A stretch of 64,000 bases of DNA, taken from the NCBI GenBank assembly GCA_028023455.1, contig JAQFVV010000001.1:4340001-4404000 (forward strand), in the 5' to 3' direction. The position numbers and the translations under genes were made by a program. The stretch is from Epiperipatus broadwayi. Lineage: Eukaryota > Animalia > Onychophora. The notes under the pieces are model-generated. The model had not been told where the DNA came from. It was given only the letters and a program-made list of their open reading frames with translations, and made no database searches. This document shows positions 1 to 10,468 of this stretch, piece after piece. Position 1 is the first letter of the stretch; the number at the start of each line of letters is the position of its first letter.

Positions 1-1559
1 TATAAAAATATCAGTAGAAAACAGTTTACTTATTCAGTGTTTTAAAAAATCTTAATTCAATTGAAAATTAGGCTTTGCCCAGATTAATAGTTTAATTTTT
101 TTTTTTGTCAGTCATTTCAAATATGTAACAATTGTTTCTTATGTATTAAAAAACGGTAAGTTATTTTTTTAAAACTGATTAAAAAATACTGCAATGTTTA
201 AATTTTAATACTTTGTTTTAAAATATGGACTTATTTTGAAAATGTATTTCATTTATTTGCTTTTTGTACAAGATAATAATTATAATTATTTGTAATAAGT
301 TATTACTAAAAATCATGATATACCAGTATTTTAAAAATAAAAATCTAAAAAAAAAGATATAAATGAAAAGTTAATATTTACAAAATTATAAATTAAAAAA
401 AGTGTTTCCAAATTTTTAAAACATATTCTTGTATATTTTTGCTATATTTTGTCAAATTCTATAAAGAAACTACTACTGATATGTATTATCTTTCATTGCT
501 TTAACCTGTTCGTTTTTTCTCTCTGTCAACATATTCCATTTTCAAATAAATACTTAGTATTTTCTTCTGATGCTTTATTGAAACAGGAAAAAGTTAGAAA
601 CTATGTAATATTTTTGCTATAAAATATAATAGGTGTGAATATTACAAATACATTTTGAAAACTGGATTAAATCAACATCCATTTATCTTATGAAGATTTT
701 TATGTAAATAAATATTTATACTTTTTGTGTGTATAAATGTATATATGTTTGTGTGTACATGAAAGGTTCATAATAGAGAAATAGGGTAGTAGTCCATCTA
801 GCCAATAAATTGATCATCATTGATGTTAACATATTTAAATATGTAAAGTTATATTAAATCATTAGTATCCTAATATATGTTTATGGATAGAGTACATTTC
901 TTATTTATTGTTGTTGATTTTATATTAATGGAAGCTTATAAAAGTAAAATATATTTTAAATATGAAATTTTATAATCATTTTTTCCTCTTAATATATTTT
1001 ATTAATATGTAATATGATAATAAAATCTAAAATTAATGTTAATACTTTTACTTTTTAATTAATTTCATTCATTCTATTTGTTGACCAAAATTTTACCTTT
1101 CATAGATATAGTTTCATAATAATTAACACAAAAATACTTCTCATTAAAGAAACAGGTCTGAATGATATTATTTACTTAAATATGTTATGTTCTCAGTTGA
1201 AACCTAAACTAAATATTCTTTTAAAATTAACCTATTTTTAAAATTAGGGTAATTTCCTGATTGAAAAGTTAAACAATTCAGTTTACATAAAAGCAAAAAC
1301 AATGGTGATAGTAAAAAAAAAAAATGCTTGTAGCATATTTAAACTATTACAAATTATATTTTAATAATGTCACATTATATATAATATACTAACTCCAACA
1401 AAAACTTATTTATTTTGAAATAAAGCATGAAATTTTTGAAATTGGTCTATAATAATTAGTAGAAAAATTGTGCAAATATAAAATTATTGCAAATAATTAT
1501 ATTTATTAGTAACACTATTCCTAAAAATTATTTTTATTTATTATAACAAGATGACAACA

Positions 1560-2055
1560 TACTGTGGATTACAATACTTTACATATCAACATGCAGATAA
1601 AATAAAGAACATTTGTAAACAAAGGTACAATGTCCCTTTCCAAACACCAACCAGCTCCTCATTAGATTGATAAGCAATACTAAAGACAAACTACAAAATG
1701 AGGCAATTCCACGAATAGTTTATATAAAAAGTTCAGTGTAATGGTAAAGGATGCACAGTGGGATATTATGGATGATTGCAGATCAACATTACTACAAGAG
1801 TATTACAACTTAAGTATTTAACACAAATATGCTAAAGAAAACCCAGAATATACTTCTGAGTTCTTAGATCATGGGGAAAAAAAACCACAGACACAGCTTT
1901 GATTCACAAAACATCAAACTAGAGTATTTGGAACATGATGATAGAAAGAGGAAAGTAAAAGCGGCTTAGTGCATCACAAATAATAGTGTTATAAACAAAA
2001 AAGCAAATGACATCCAATTATCCAACTGATGGAATATATTAATTAGCCTGTTTAC
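1560..2055 (+). mobile_element. Decayed Penelope-like element (PLE) fragment, GIY-YIG endonuclease region
   Basis: Manual translation across frameshifts and stops gives LIRLISNTKDKL...RIVY / VQCNGKGCTVGYYG*..TTRV / SEFLDHG / HRHSFDSQNIKLEYLEHDDRKRKVKAA*CI..IN...IQLSN*WNILI. This follows the PLE C-terminal pattern KDK..VVY..C..C...YIG.T.R.L..R..H...H.FD.....KR...EA..I....N.....W. Confidence 0.75.
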
Positions 2056-2197
2056 CTATTAAGAATAATAAATAGACAATATAAAAGCAGTAAAGCAAAC
2101 AAAATAATACAACCTTAAATTATAGTGCTCAGTACTGAAAGTGCATTAAGTCAAACAGATAATTGTTGAAAGAAGAATACACTTCATCAGACATACT

Positions 2198-2207
2198 AAT
2201 ATATATA
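2198..2207. repeat. Left target-site duplication of the RTE element (partner 5504-5513)
   Basis: AATATATATA (2198-2207) vs AATATATAAA (5504-5513), 9/10 identical, abutting the (TGA)n tail and the ribozyme G1 respectively. Low complexity, so a chance match is possible. Confidence 0.6.
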
Positions 2208-2216
2208 TCATCATCA

Positions 2217-5177
2217 TCAACAACCATTATCAATCCACTGCAGAATGAAGGTCTCTCCAAGTTTAATCCATCTTCTCCGATCTTTAGCTTCTCTTCTCCA
2301 CAACACCCCTGCACATTTTCTTATTTCATCCATCCATCTCACATGTGGTCTCTTTCTGGGTCTTTTACAATCTCTTGGAATCCAGTTTAAAATTTCAATT
2401 GTCCATCTATTATCATCTCTTCTAGCAATATGTCCAGCCCAACTCCATTTCAATCTTTTAATTTTTTCAATAAGGTCAGTAACATCTGTTTGTTGTCTTA
2501 CCCATACATTGCGTTTTCGATCTCTTCTTGTTACTCCCAACATACATCTCTCCATACCCCTTTGAGTGGTCTGAAGTCTCTGTATTGCTCTTCCATTAAG
2601 TGTCCAAGTCTCAGATCCATAAGTAAGAACTGGTAAAACACATTTGTTAAAAACCATCCTTTTCAAACACATAGGCATATTTCCTTTTAGTATCAAGTTA
2701 TTTCTACCAAAAGCACTCCAACCAAGTTTAATTCTATGATTAATTTCCTCCATTATGTTTCCATCTGTATTAATAATCTGACCAAGGTATTTGTAACTGT
2801 TAACTTCTTCTAATTCTTCATAATCAATCTTTATTTTCATATTTTGAGCAAATCGATTAAACATTACTTTAGTCTTTTTAACATTTATCTTTAGTCCTAC
2901 TTTTCTACTTTCATCTGCTAACTCCTGCAACATTTCCTGCAGCTCTGAAGCATTATTTGCAAAAACAACTACATCATCTGCGAAATCTAAATGACTTAAA
3001 TACTCTCCATTTACTTTCACTCCTTTAGTTTCCCATTTTAATCCACAAAATACTTCTTGCAGCACTGCTGTAAAGAGTTTTGGAGATATGGAGTCACCTT
3101 GTCTTACACCTTTCTCAATGTTGATTTTTCCAGTATCATTATGTAATCTAATTGTTGCTGTTGCATTTTTATAAATATTCTTTAAAATATGACAATATCC
3201 TGGATCTATACCTTGATGATCCAATGCTTTAATCACTGAAGAAATGTGTATAGAATCGAATGCCTTTTCATAATCTACAAATCCAAAACATAATGACAAC
3301 TCATATTCGTTTGACCTTTCTATGACTTCTCTCAATACCTGGATATGATCTATTGTACTAAAACCACTTTTAAATCCAGCTTGTTCTCTTGGTTGGTGGA
3401 AATCCAAAGTTCTCTGTAGACGAGTTGTAATTATCTTGGTAAAAATTTTATATAAAACTGATAAAAGGCTGATAGGTCTGTAATTTCTAATATCTTCTTT
3501 ATCACCTTTTTTAAATATTAATATTATTACTGCATTCTTCCAATCTTCCGGTACATCTTTATCATTTAGACATTTGGTATATAACTTTGCTAAAATTGTT
3601 TCAATTTCTTCACCTGCTTCTTTTAATATATCAATTATAATTCCATCATTTCCTGGAGCCTTTCCTTTCTTCATACACTTAATTGCATGTCTCACTTCTT
3701 CATTTAAAATTCTGGGCAATTCGGATGATGTAATAGATATAGGAGGTACTTGTTCTTTATTACTATATAATTCTTGATAAAAATCTTCTACCAATTTCAT
3801 GATGTCATCTCTCTTTTTAGTAATAATTCCATCTTTTTTTCTTATTGCAGATATAAATTTCCTACCAATACCAAAATGTTGTTTAACATTTTTGAGACTT
3901 TTATTTTCTTCTACAGCTTTCCTTGCTATTTCACAGTTATACTTTCTTATATCATTTTCAACTCTTTTCCGTACCATTTTACAAAATTCGAGATATTCAA
4001 TTCTTTTTAATACATCATTTTTGTATATCTTCATATTCCTTCTTTTCTTCATAAATTCTCTAGTCTCAGTAGAAATTTTATTAGTCAATTGCTGCTTTTT
4101 TCTACCAGCTATGTTTGTTGCAGTTTTTAAAAGTGTATCAGTTATTTTCATATTAATTTCATTCAAATCTGAATCATGTTCAAAATCTCCTAACACTTGA
4201 AACCTATTTGTAAGTTCTAATTTAAATTCATTAGAATGTTTCTGAAGATTAGGAATATCAACTGTAAATATTGTTTTTCTTAATAATTTTTGTCTCTCTA
4301 GTTTTACATTAACACGTAACTTACACCTTACTAATCGATGATCACTTCCTGTGTTAAATTTATTAAGAACATTACAATCTTGAAATATGTATTTTCTGTT
4401 AGTCAAAATATAATCCAATTCTGCTGTACCTTCATTTGGATGCTTCCATGTCCATTTCCTTTTAACATTTTTCTCAAAAAATGAATTCATAATATAAAGT
4501 TTTTCTTTTTCTGCAAACTCCACAAGTCTATGTCCTCTCTCATTTCTATTACCATAACCAAAATTACCTACAGCAATTTCATCTTTCATTTGTCTACCAA
4601 TTCTAGCATTAAAGTCTCCCATAACAATTTTAAAATGTTGTTTACTCTGATCAAAAGCCTTTTGTACATCCATATAAAAATCTTCTACTACTTCATCACT
4701 ATGAGAACTTGTTGGGGCATAAACCTGAATTATCTGCATTTGGTATCTGCTATTAAGTTGTATAACTAATCTTGCCACTCTGTCCGATACACCATCAATC
4801 TCCACAATATTGTTCTTCCACTTTTTATTTATAATGAATCCTACTCCACTTGTATTTCCAATATGTGTGCCTTTATAATAGAGTATATGTCCACTTTTTA
4901 AATCAATTGTTTCTTCTCCTTTTCTTCTAACTTCACAAAGTCCAATAATGTCCCATTTAATATAAGACAGTTCTTCTTCTAATTCTTGCAATCTTCCTTC
5001 ACTTGAAAGTGATCTGCAGTTGTAAGTACCTAAATAAAAAGTCGTCATCAAATGGCAGCCTGGGTCCGCAATCAGGGGATTCTTAGCACCCTCCGCCTTC
5101 GGCCACCAACCACTGCCTTGGTTGGTGACTTTACAGCTTCCTGGGAATAAGGGCCATGCTTTATTTTTGTCTGTCAT
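2217..5177 (-). CDS. RTE ORF: apurinic-like endonuclease + reverse transcriptase, 986 aa, uninterrupted
   Basis: APE motifs GTYNCRSL, DIIGLCEVRR, IIQVYAPT, VMGDFNARIG, LDYIL, SDHRLV. RT motifs KAPGNDG, NYRPISLLS, EQAGFK, FVDYEKAFDS, GVRQGDSISPKLF, FADD, YKYLG. RTE-type C-terminus KWSWAGHIAR; no RNase H or Zn knuckle. True start could be M1 or M44. Confidence 0.96.
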   Translation of the reverse strand: MTDKNKAWPLFPGSCKVTNQGSGWWPKAEGAKNPLIADPGCHLMTTFYLGTYNCRSLSSEGRLQELEEELSYIKWDIIGLCEVRRKGEETIDLKSGHILYYKGTHIGNTSGVGFIINKKWKNNIVEIDGVSDRVARLVIQLNSRYQMQIIQVYAPTSSHSDEVVEDFYMDVQKAFDQSKQHFKIVMGDFNARIGRQMKDEIAVGNFGYGNRNERGHRLVEFAEKEKLYIMNSFFEKNVKRKWTWKHPNEGTAELDYILTNRKYIFQDCNVLNKFNTGSDHRLVRCKLRVNVKLERQKLLRKTIFTVDIPNLQKHSNEFKLELTNRFQVLGDFEHDSDLNEINMKITDTLLKTATNIAGRKKQQLTNKISTETREFMKKRRNMKIYKNDVLKRIEYLEFCKMVRKRVENDIRKYNCEIARKAVEENKSLKNVKQHFGIGRKFISAIRKKDGIITKKRDDIMKLVEDFYQELYSNKEQVPPISITSSELPRILNEEVRHAIKCMKKGKAPGNDGIIIDILKEAGEEIETILAKLYTKCLNDKDVPEDWKNAVIILIFKKGDKEDIRNYRPISLLSVLYKIFTKIITTRLQRTLDFHQPREQAGFKSGFSTIDHIQVLREVIERSNEYELSLCFGFVDYEKAFDSIHISSVIKALDHQGIDPGYCHILKNIYKNATATIRLHNDTGKINIEKGVRQGDSISPKLFTAVLQEVFCGLKWETKGVKVNGEYLSHLDFADDVVVFANNASELQEMLQELADESRKVGLKINVKKTKVMFNRFAQNMKIKIDYEELEEVNSYKYLGQIINTDGNIMEEINHRIKLGWSAFGRNNLILKGNMPMCLKRMVFNKCVLPVLTYGSETWTLNGRAIQRLQTTQRGMERCMLGVTRRDRKRNVWVRQQTDVTDLIEKIKRLKWSWAGHIARRDDNRWTIEILNWIPRDCKRPRKRPHVRWMDEIRKCAGVLWRREAKDRRRWIKLGETFILQWIDNGC

Positions 5178-5337
5178 AATTGTATATATGTATTGAAAAA
5201 ATATTTATCATTTACACAAACATTCATTCTGCCTTATCAGGCACTGAGAAGAAAGACCATGGTGTTTCTTGATCTTAAACTCAGAGGTAAAAAGCCAATA
5301 AACTCACCACGCTGGCTAATGCGTGTTGGTGAGCAGC

Positions 5338-5503
5338 CCATCCATGTTCGTATACTATATGAATAATCACATAGTAATAACAGCTGCAACGACAAGAACG
5401 TATGGAGTGGACATTAGGAATTTGCCCTGCTCGGTTCCTTTAAGGCCTCCAAGAGGAATCAAAGGGTCTCCTTTCAGTTAATAGCAAACTCCTTTCTGCA
5501 GCC
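5338..5503 (-). ncRNA. HDV-like (CPEB3/drz-type) self-cleaving ribozyme at the RTE 5' end
   Basis: Minus strand: P1 GGCUGCA (5503-5497)/UGCAGCU (5388-5382) with G1-U wobble; P2 CCA(C)UCCAU/AUGGAUGG; P3 ACG/CGU; L3 UUCUUGU; single-pair P1.1; P4 UACUAUGUGA/UCAUAUAGUA; J4/2 CGAAC with putative catalytic C at 5350; structured long J1/2 (AGGAGUUUGCU/GGCAAAUUCCU). Confidence 0.85.
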
Positions 5504-8391
5504 AATATATAAATATGTGTGAAAAGTTATTACAGATAAATAATGAAGATAAAATAAAATTATAAATTTATTATTTTAAGAGTATAATACATATATACTT
5601 GGCAAATAGATTCTGAAATAATAATGTACTTTATAATGAGTAAAAAAAGATAATTAAAAAGAACTACTATCTCAGTCTGGGACTTGGATAATATCACATA
5701 ATTTTCCAAACAACTAACCATGCTTATTTTTATTATATTTATGTATTAATAATTCCAAAAGTATATTTTTTAATGGTGACTTTACCCCCCCCCTCTGCTT
5801 TTATATTTTATACAAATATATTTTTGTATATACAGTGTATATAAAAGAGTTTGTAAATATATAGTGTGTATAGGTCAATATAAATACCAACATCATCATA
5901 TGACTTTCTTAATTTCTTCATATGCTTCAAATAGAGTTCAATTTACCCTATTCTGGAGCCATTTACCGTAAGTCTGAGTAATTACTAGGTACCAGATAGT
6001 ATACTGCTGTAATATCTACATTTTTAGATACGTTTCTGGCTTATGACTTCATCAGTACAAATATTTATATAGAGGAATCATTAATAATCAGGATTAATTG
6101 ATTCTGGAAAAAGAGTGTGATGAATGATTTAATGAAGAAAATAGGTTAAATTGTAATAGGATTATTATTAATCACACTTAACTAGTACTGCAGCCCCAAA
6201 GAATTTTGGTAACTAGTTTTCATATTGGACTTTGTTAAACATATATTATTTAAAAACAAACAAAAAGATTAACATTTATTTGATGGAAAATATATAAGTT
6301 GAATTTTCATTTGCTATTGGTTTTTAAAAAGTTGAGTTAGTTTTTTTTTTTTTTTGCATGTAATGTTTGAAATAAAACTTCCTGGTAGCACAATGACAGG
6401 TTATTATTTAAAGTTCACATTTGGAAGAATGCCAAGATAAGTGTATTTTTTAAAAACATTTATAGCATCATTATCATATAACTGTTAATTTTGATTTGGC
6501 AAACTTTTTCAATAATCAGAGATTTTCACTTTATTAATTTTTTTTTTTTTATCAGTGCTTATTTAGCCACTATTAATCAAAACTAAGTAGCCTTTCTATT
6601 TTATTTAACTTTCATTGCATATTTTGAATTTATGTTAATGAGTTAAATTTTTTAACATATGAAACCATTATAATTGCTAATTTTTTATATAAACGTTTCT
6701 TGATTTATGATGTGTCTTAGAGGAGCATTTGTCTTCACCCAGAGTAAAGTTTTTATATAAAATAATAGTAATCTTATAATTGCCTGCTTTCAGTCTCAAA
6801 TTATATATAAAAATAAGTATATATAAATAAATGTTTATTTATTAAAATGATAAATTTTTGATTAAAAAAATACAAATATGGAATTTTTTGCCTGACAATA
6901 GCTTTCATCTGTTGAGAAAAATTAAAATATAATATTTTGTACTGCAAAAATCTTAAGTAATAGCTAGTTGATAATGAAAACAAATTCTTCATAGAGAATA
7001 ATGATTAAAATAATAAGTGCATAAAACATTACTATTAAATTCCATAGAAAGGATTACATAGTTTATTTAGTCTTTGTATTTAATTTATGATTTTTTTTTT
7101 TTTTAGCAGTAAAAAAGTAGTAGTAGGAACTAATCTCTAAATAAGCTGACATGATATTAGTTGGCTGATTTGAAAAATTTAATCATTTTTAAAAAAATGC
7201 ATTTTCATAAAAGAAAAGTGTAACTAATCTCTAAATAAGAAAAAAAATCATTCAGTAAATTTTTTGATTATAACAATATAAAACCACGTGTCAAAAAGAA
7301 CTATACCCATAGAATAATAAAATCCATTTGTTTATCTTTCCAGTAGCAATGGAAGATCTATTAGAAATAGTGATAATATATACCATTTAAATAATCGCAT
7401 TGTCCCTATGGTAGAATTTTAAACCCATCAATCATTTGTAATAAAAAGTTATCAAAATCAGTTTTCATCTGATTTTTTATTTTGTGAAAGTATTTAATTT
7501 TGTAATCAGTTTTTGTAAAATCAGAGTATATCCAATATAGATAATACATCTATATAGTGGAACTGCAGTATCGATTATATTTTGTTACAATCCTCCTCAT
7601 GCATTTTATATATAGCAGGTAATAACTCATGTTTTATCCATAAGCTTTGATTGCAATACATATTATTTAGTATAGTATAAGCTGTATTATATTTCTGAAC
7701 ACCCACATACAGGTATAACAGATGTTTTTTTATGAACATTATTTAGTGTACGCAAAGTAATAAATTGAGTGAGCACATTTACATATATATGTATTTTGTG
7801 TGCTCGCTTATTCACATTCACCAAAAACAAAAATGACAATATAAAACTTAATGTATCATATATTTTTTTAAATAAAATCTTACAGATTACATTTTCTGAC
7901 TCAATAACATCTACTAGAAATATTTTACCAACTCATTCCTTTTATCCATAAATTCGCTGTCTTATCAAAAAATTGTCTTTTAAGATAGTGATAACTTCAG
8001 TCATTTCAGAAATCAACCTAGTGTCATGAATATACTTTTCTCTTTATAATTTTTTAAAATAAATTATTCAATCTTTTTGAACATATGGATACTTCTGAAC
8101 ATGATTTTTTTTTTTTACTTCATATCAATAATTTTCATTTTATCGTTTATTAAGAAAAGTATGAAGTTTTTAAAATTACTCTTAGAAAACATTTTATTAA
8201 ATAAAATATATTAAACTTTCAGAAAGAAAAAAAAGTATGCTTTTTTTTTCAATATATTTAATAACAAAGAAAGTGTAGTTAATAAATATAATCATTTTAG
8301 AATTAATGAAAGCATTGTGAGATAATTGATAATAAAAGTTACTAGTATTTACCTGAAGGTTTGTGATGATGGTATATTATTAGATGTGATA

Positions 8392-8864
8392 TGTTGGATT
8401 ATTTCCATCTATGAATGAATGTACAGAAAATTTTAAACTTTTCAAATACAAACAACTTGTTAGTAATATCACACAAATAGGCAATTCACGTTAGTAATTA
8501 TACAACCATTTGAATAGTAGTAATCTCCAGTCTTTAGGTGTTGCTGGCCTGATATGCACAGTGATAGTAATATAATGAGCCTTTGACAGAATAGCTCTTA
8601 GAATGTTTGCCTTAAATTCAATATTCAAGAATCTAAAGGTGCGAGTTTGACTTCTATGAGAATACTATCACTGTGCATATAAAGCCAGCAACACCCGAAG
8701 AAGAGTGGAGAATAATACTATTCAAAACATTGTGTAATTACTAATCTGTGTTGTCTATTTGTGTATTATTACTAACAGGTTGTTTGTATTTGTAAAGTTT
8801 AAATTAAGTTTTAAATTTTCTATACATTCAACATTCATTCATAGATGATGGAAATAGTCCAACA
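8392..8864. mobile_element. Foldback/MITE with ~190-bp inverted arms; ends TGTTGGATTATTTCCATC / GATGGAAATAGTCCAACA
   Basis: Arms align in reverse complement, e.g. GTGTTGCTGGCCTGATATGCACAGTGATAGTA vs TACTATCACTGTGCATATAAAGCCAGCAACAC. Related ends occur at 25217-25905, 38085-38440 and ~13900. Confidence 0.8.
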
Positions 8865-9829
8865 AAAATTACTAAATTTACAATTTTTTTTTCTATATTT
8901 TTTAATTTTTTTAAAAGTAGTGTGAAATTAAAAGTACATATTGATATAGTGAATATTATGCATTTTTTTGTACTGATTTGCTATGAATATGAGAATGCCA
9001 TAAGTTCTCAAAAGCGCTAAGCCATTTTAATTTATAGAAATAAGAAGTTTCTTTATAGTTGTGACATCTGAAAATTTTTTATATTACATTGCATTATAAA
9101 ATGTTTAAAATGAATATCAAATGCATTTTGTATTTTTTATTTACAGATCTGTGATGGAGGTTACAAATTGAGCCAAAATAGTTCAGAATAATATAAAGTC
9201 ACTTAAAAAGTGCAAAAAAAAATTGTATTCTTATATTAAATTGAGAAATAAAGAGATAATAAATATATTGAATCATATATATATATAACAGTCATTTAAA
9301 ACATTTTAAAAAATAAATTCTATTGAATTTATGGACATTTCAACAAAGGCTTTGATTATCATGAAAAATAGTAAACTATTCTTGTTCTGATATGTTTTAA
9401 ACAGGTCATTTCGCAAAATATAATGGTTTTATTTCTTTAATTAACCTCTTTAATTTGTAAATATTTTCTTTTATAAATATTGTGGGGGTTTTTTTTCTTA
9501 TAATTTTTTTCTAGAAACAAAAACTAGAAATGTGAATATAATTTTGATATACTGTATAAATGTATGTTTTTATAATATGTCAATTTTATGTTAGTAATAT
9601 ATTGTGAGTTAAAATTTTTTTAGTGTTTAAAATGTAAAAAATGTATAATTTTGGAAATTGTAAAATATTTTATCAAATATAAAATAAAATGTTAATATTT
9701 TTTTAAATTATGAATTTCTGGTTTTTGTATTTTTTATAAGTTATAAGTAACATACACTGTAAATGGATATTATTAATATATATATTATGATAGTTGATAT
9801 ATTTTCACTAATATTTTTTTTTTTCATAG

Positions 9830-10468
9830 GTTCTGGGATTATTTAAAGCTGTACGGGAAGCAACCAAAGAAGTTGTATCTCTTAATCCCAGGGAATTTCA
9901 CAGTCAACTGTCTTGTTCAAAACTTGAAGAGATCGTTGAAAATGAAGATAATTTTCAGAATTGTCAGTATTTTGAAGTAATGTATTTAGGTCGGATTAAA
10001 TGTACTAAAAAAAAAACACCTCCAACATTTATAGATGATGCTGTAGAAAAGTTTCACCTTTTGGAACTGGAAAAATTACATGCAAGGCAGGAAGCTGAAA
10101 CGCGACAAAGACATGGAAGTGGTATTAGTGTTAAAAGTTTACCTGGTACTTTGGAAGGAAATGTTACAATACGAGAAAATGATTTAGCCCGACAAAGTGA
10201 ACGAATGAACAATGGTTCAGACTATAGTTCTTCAGATAATATATTAAATAATCAAAATACTTGTAGTGAAAACAGGACTTCAAATGAAAATTCATCTAAT
10301 GAACATATAAGAAAAGATTCAGGAAGCCAAGATCTACCCAGAACAAAATCTAGTCAAAACAGGACTTTACTTGTTCAAATAGGCAAAACAGAACTGAACC
10401 TTATTAGTCCTGATAAGAAAACTGTATTACATGAAAAGAAATATAAGGATATTTCCTTTTGTACACAG
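9830..10468 (+). CDS. TBC1D1/TBC1D4: Internal coding exon (639 bp, phase 0/0) of TBC1D1/TBC1D4-family Rab-GAP; end of PTB1 helix and most of PTB2
   Basis: Acceptor ttttttcatag|GTT, donor CAG|gtaagt. Open frame VLGLFKAVREA...FEVMYLGRIKCTKKKTPPTFIDDAVEKF...RTLLVQIGKTELNLISPDKKTVLHEKKYKDISFCTQ, recognisably homologous to TBC1D1 [28 protein letters not shown]...[30 protein letters not shown] (recalled from memory). Confidence 0.93.

Larger units (their letters stand above)
2208..5503 (-). mobile_element. Full-length RTE-clade non-LTR retrotransposon (LINE), ~3.3 kb
   Basis: Single APE-RT ORF, 3' (TGA)4 microsatellite tail overlapping the stop (2208-2219), ~325-nt 5' UTR starting with an HDV-like fold, flanking 10-bp direct repeat. 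Confidence 0.95.

Noticed and set aside
2128-2170. Possible relic hammerhead 3' of the PLE remnant (TCAGTA-CTGAAAG..AAACAGATAAT-TGTTGA)
   Set aside because: Both core boxes and the cleavage triplet would need several changes, and stem I needs two wobbles; not supportable.
2163-4769. Several + strand ORFs of 67-133 aa
   Set aside because: Antisense shadows of the RTE ORF with no recognisable motifs.
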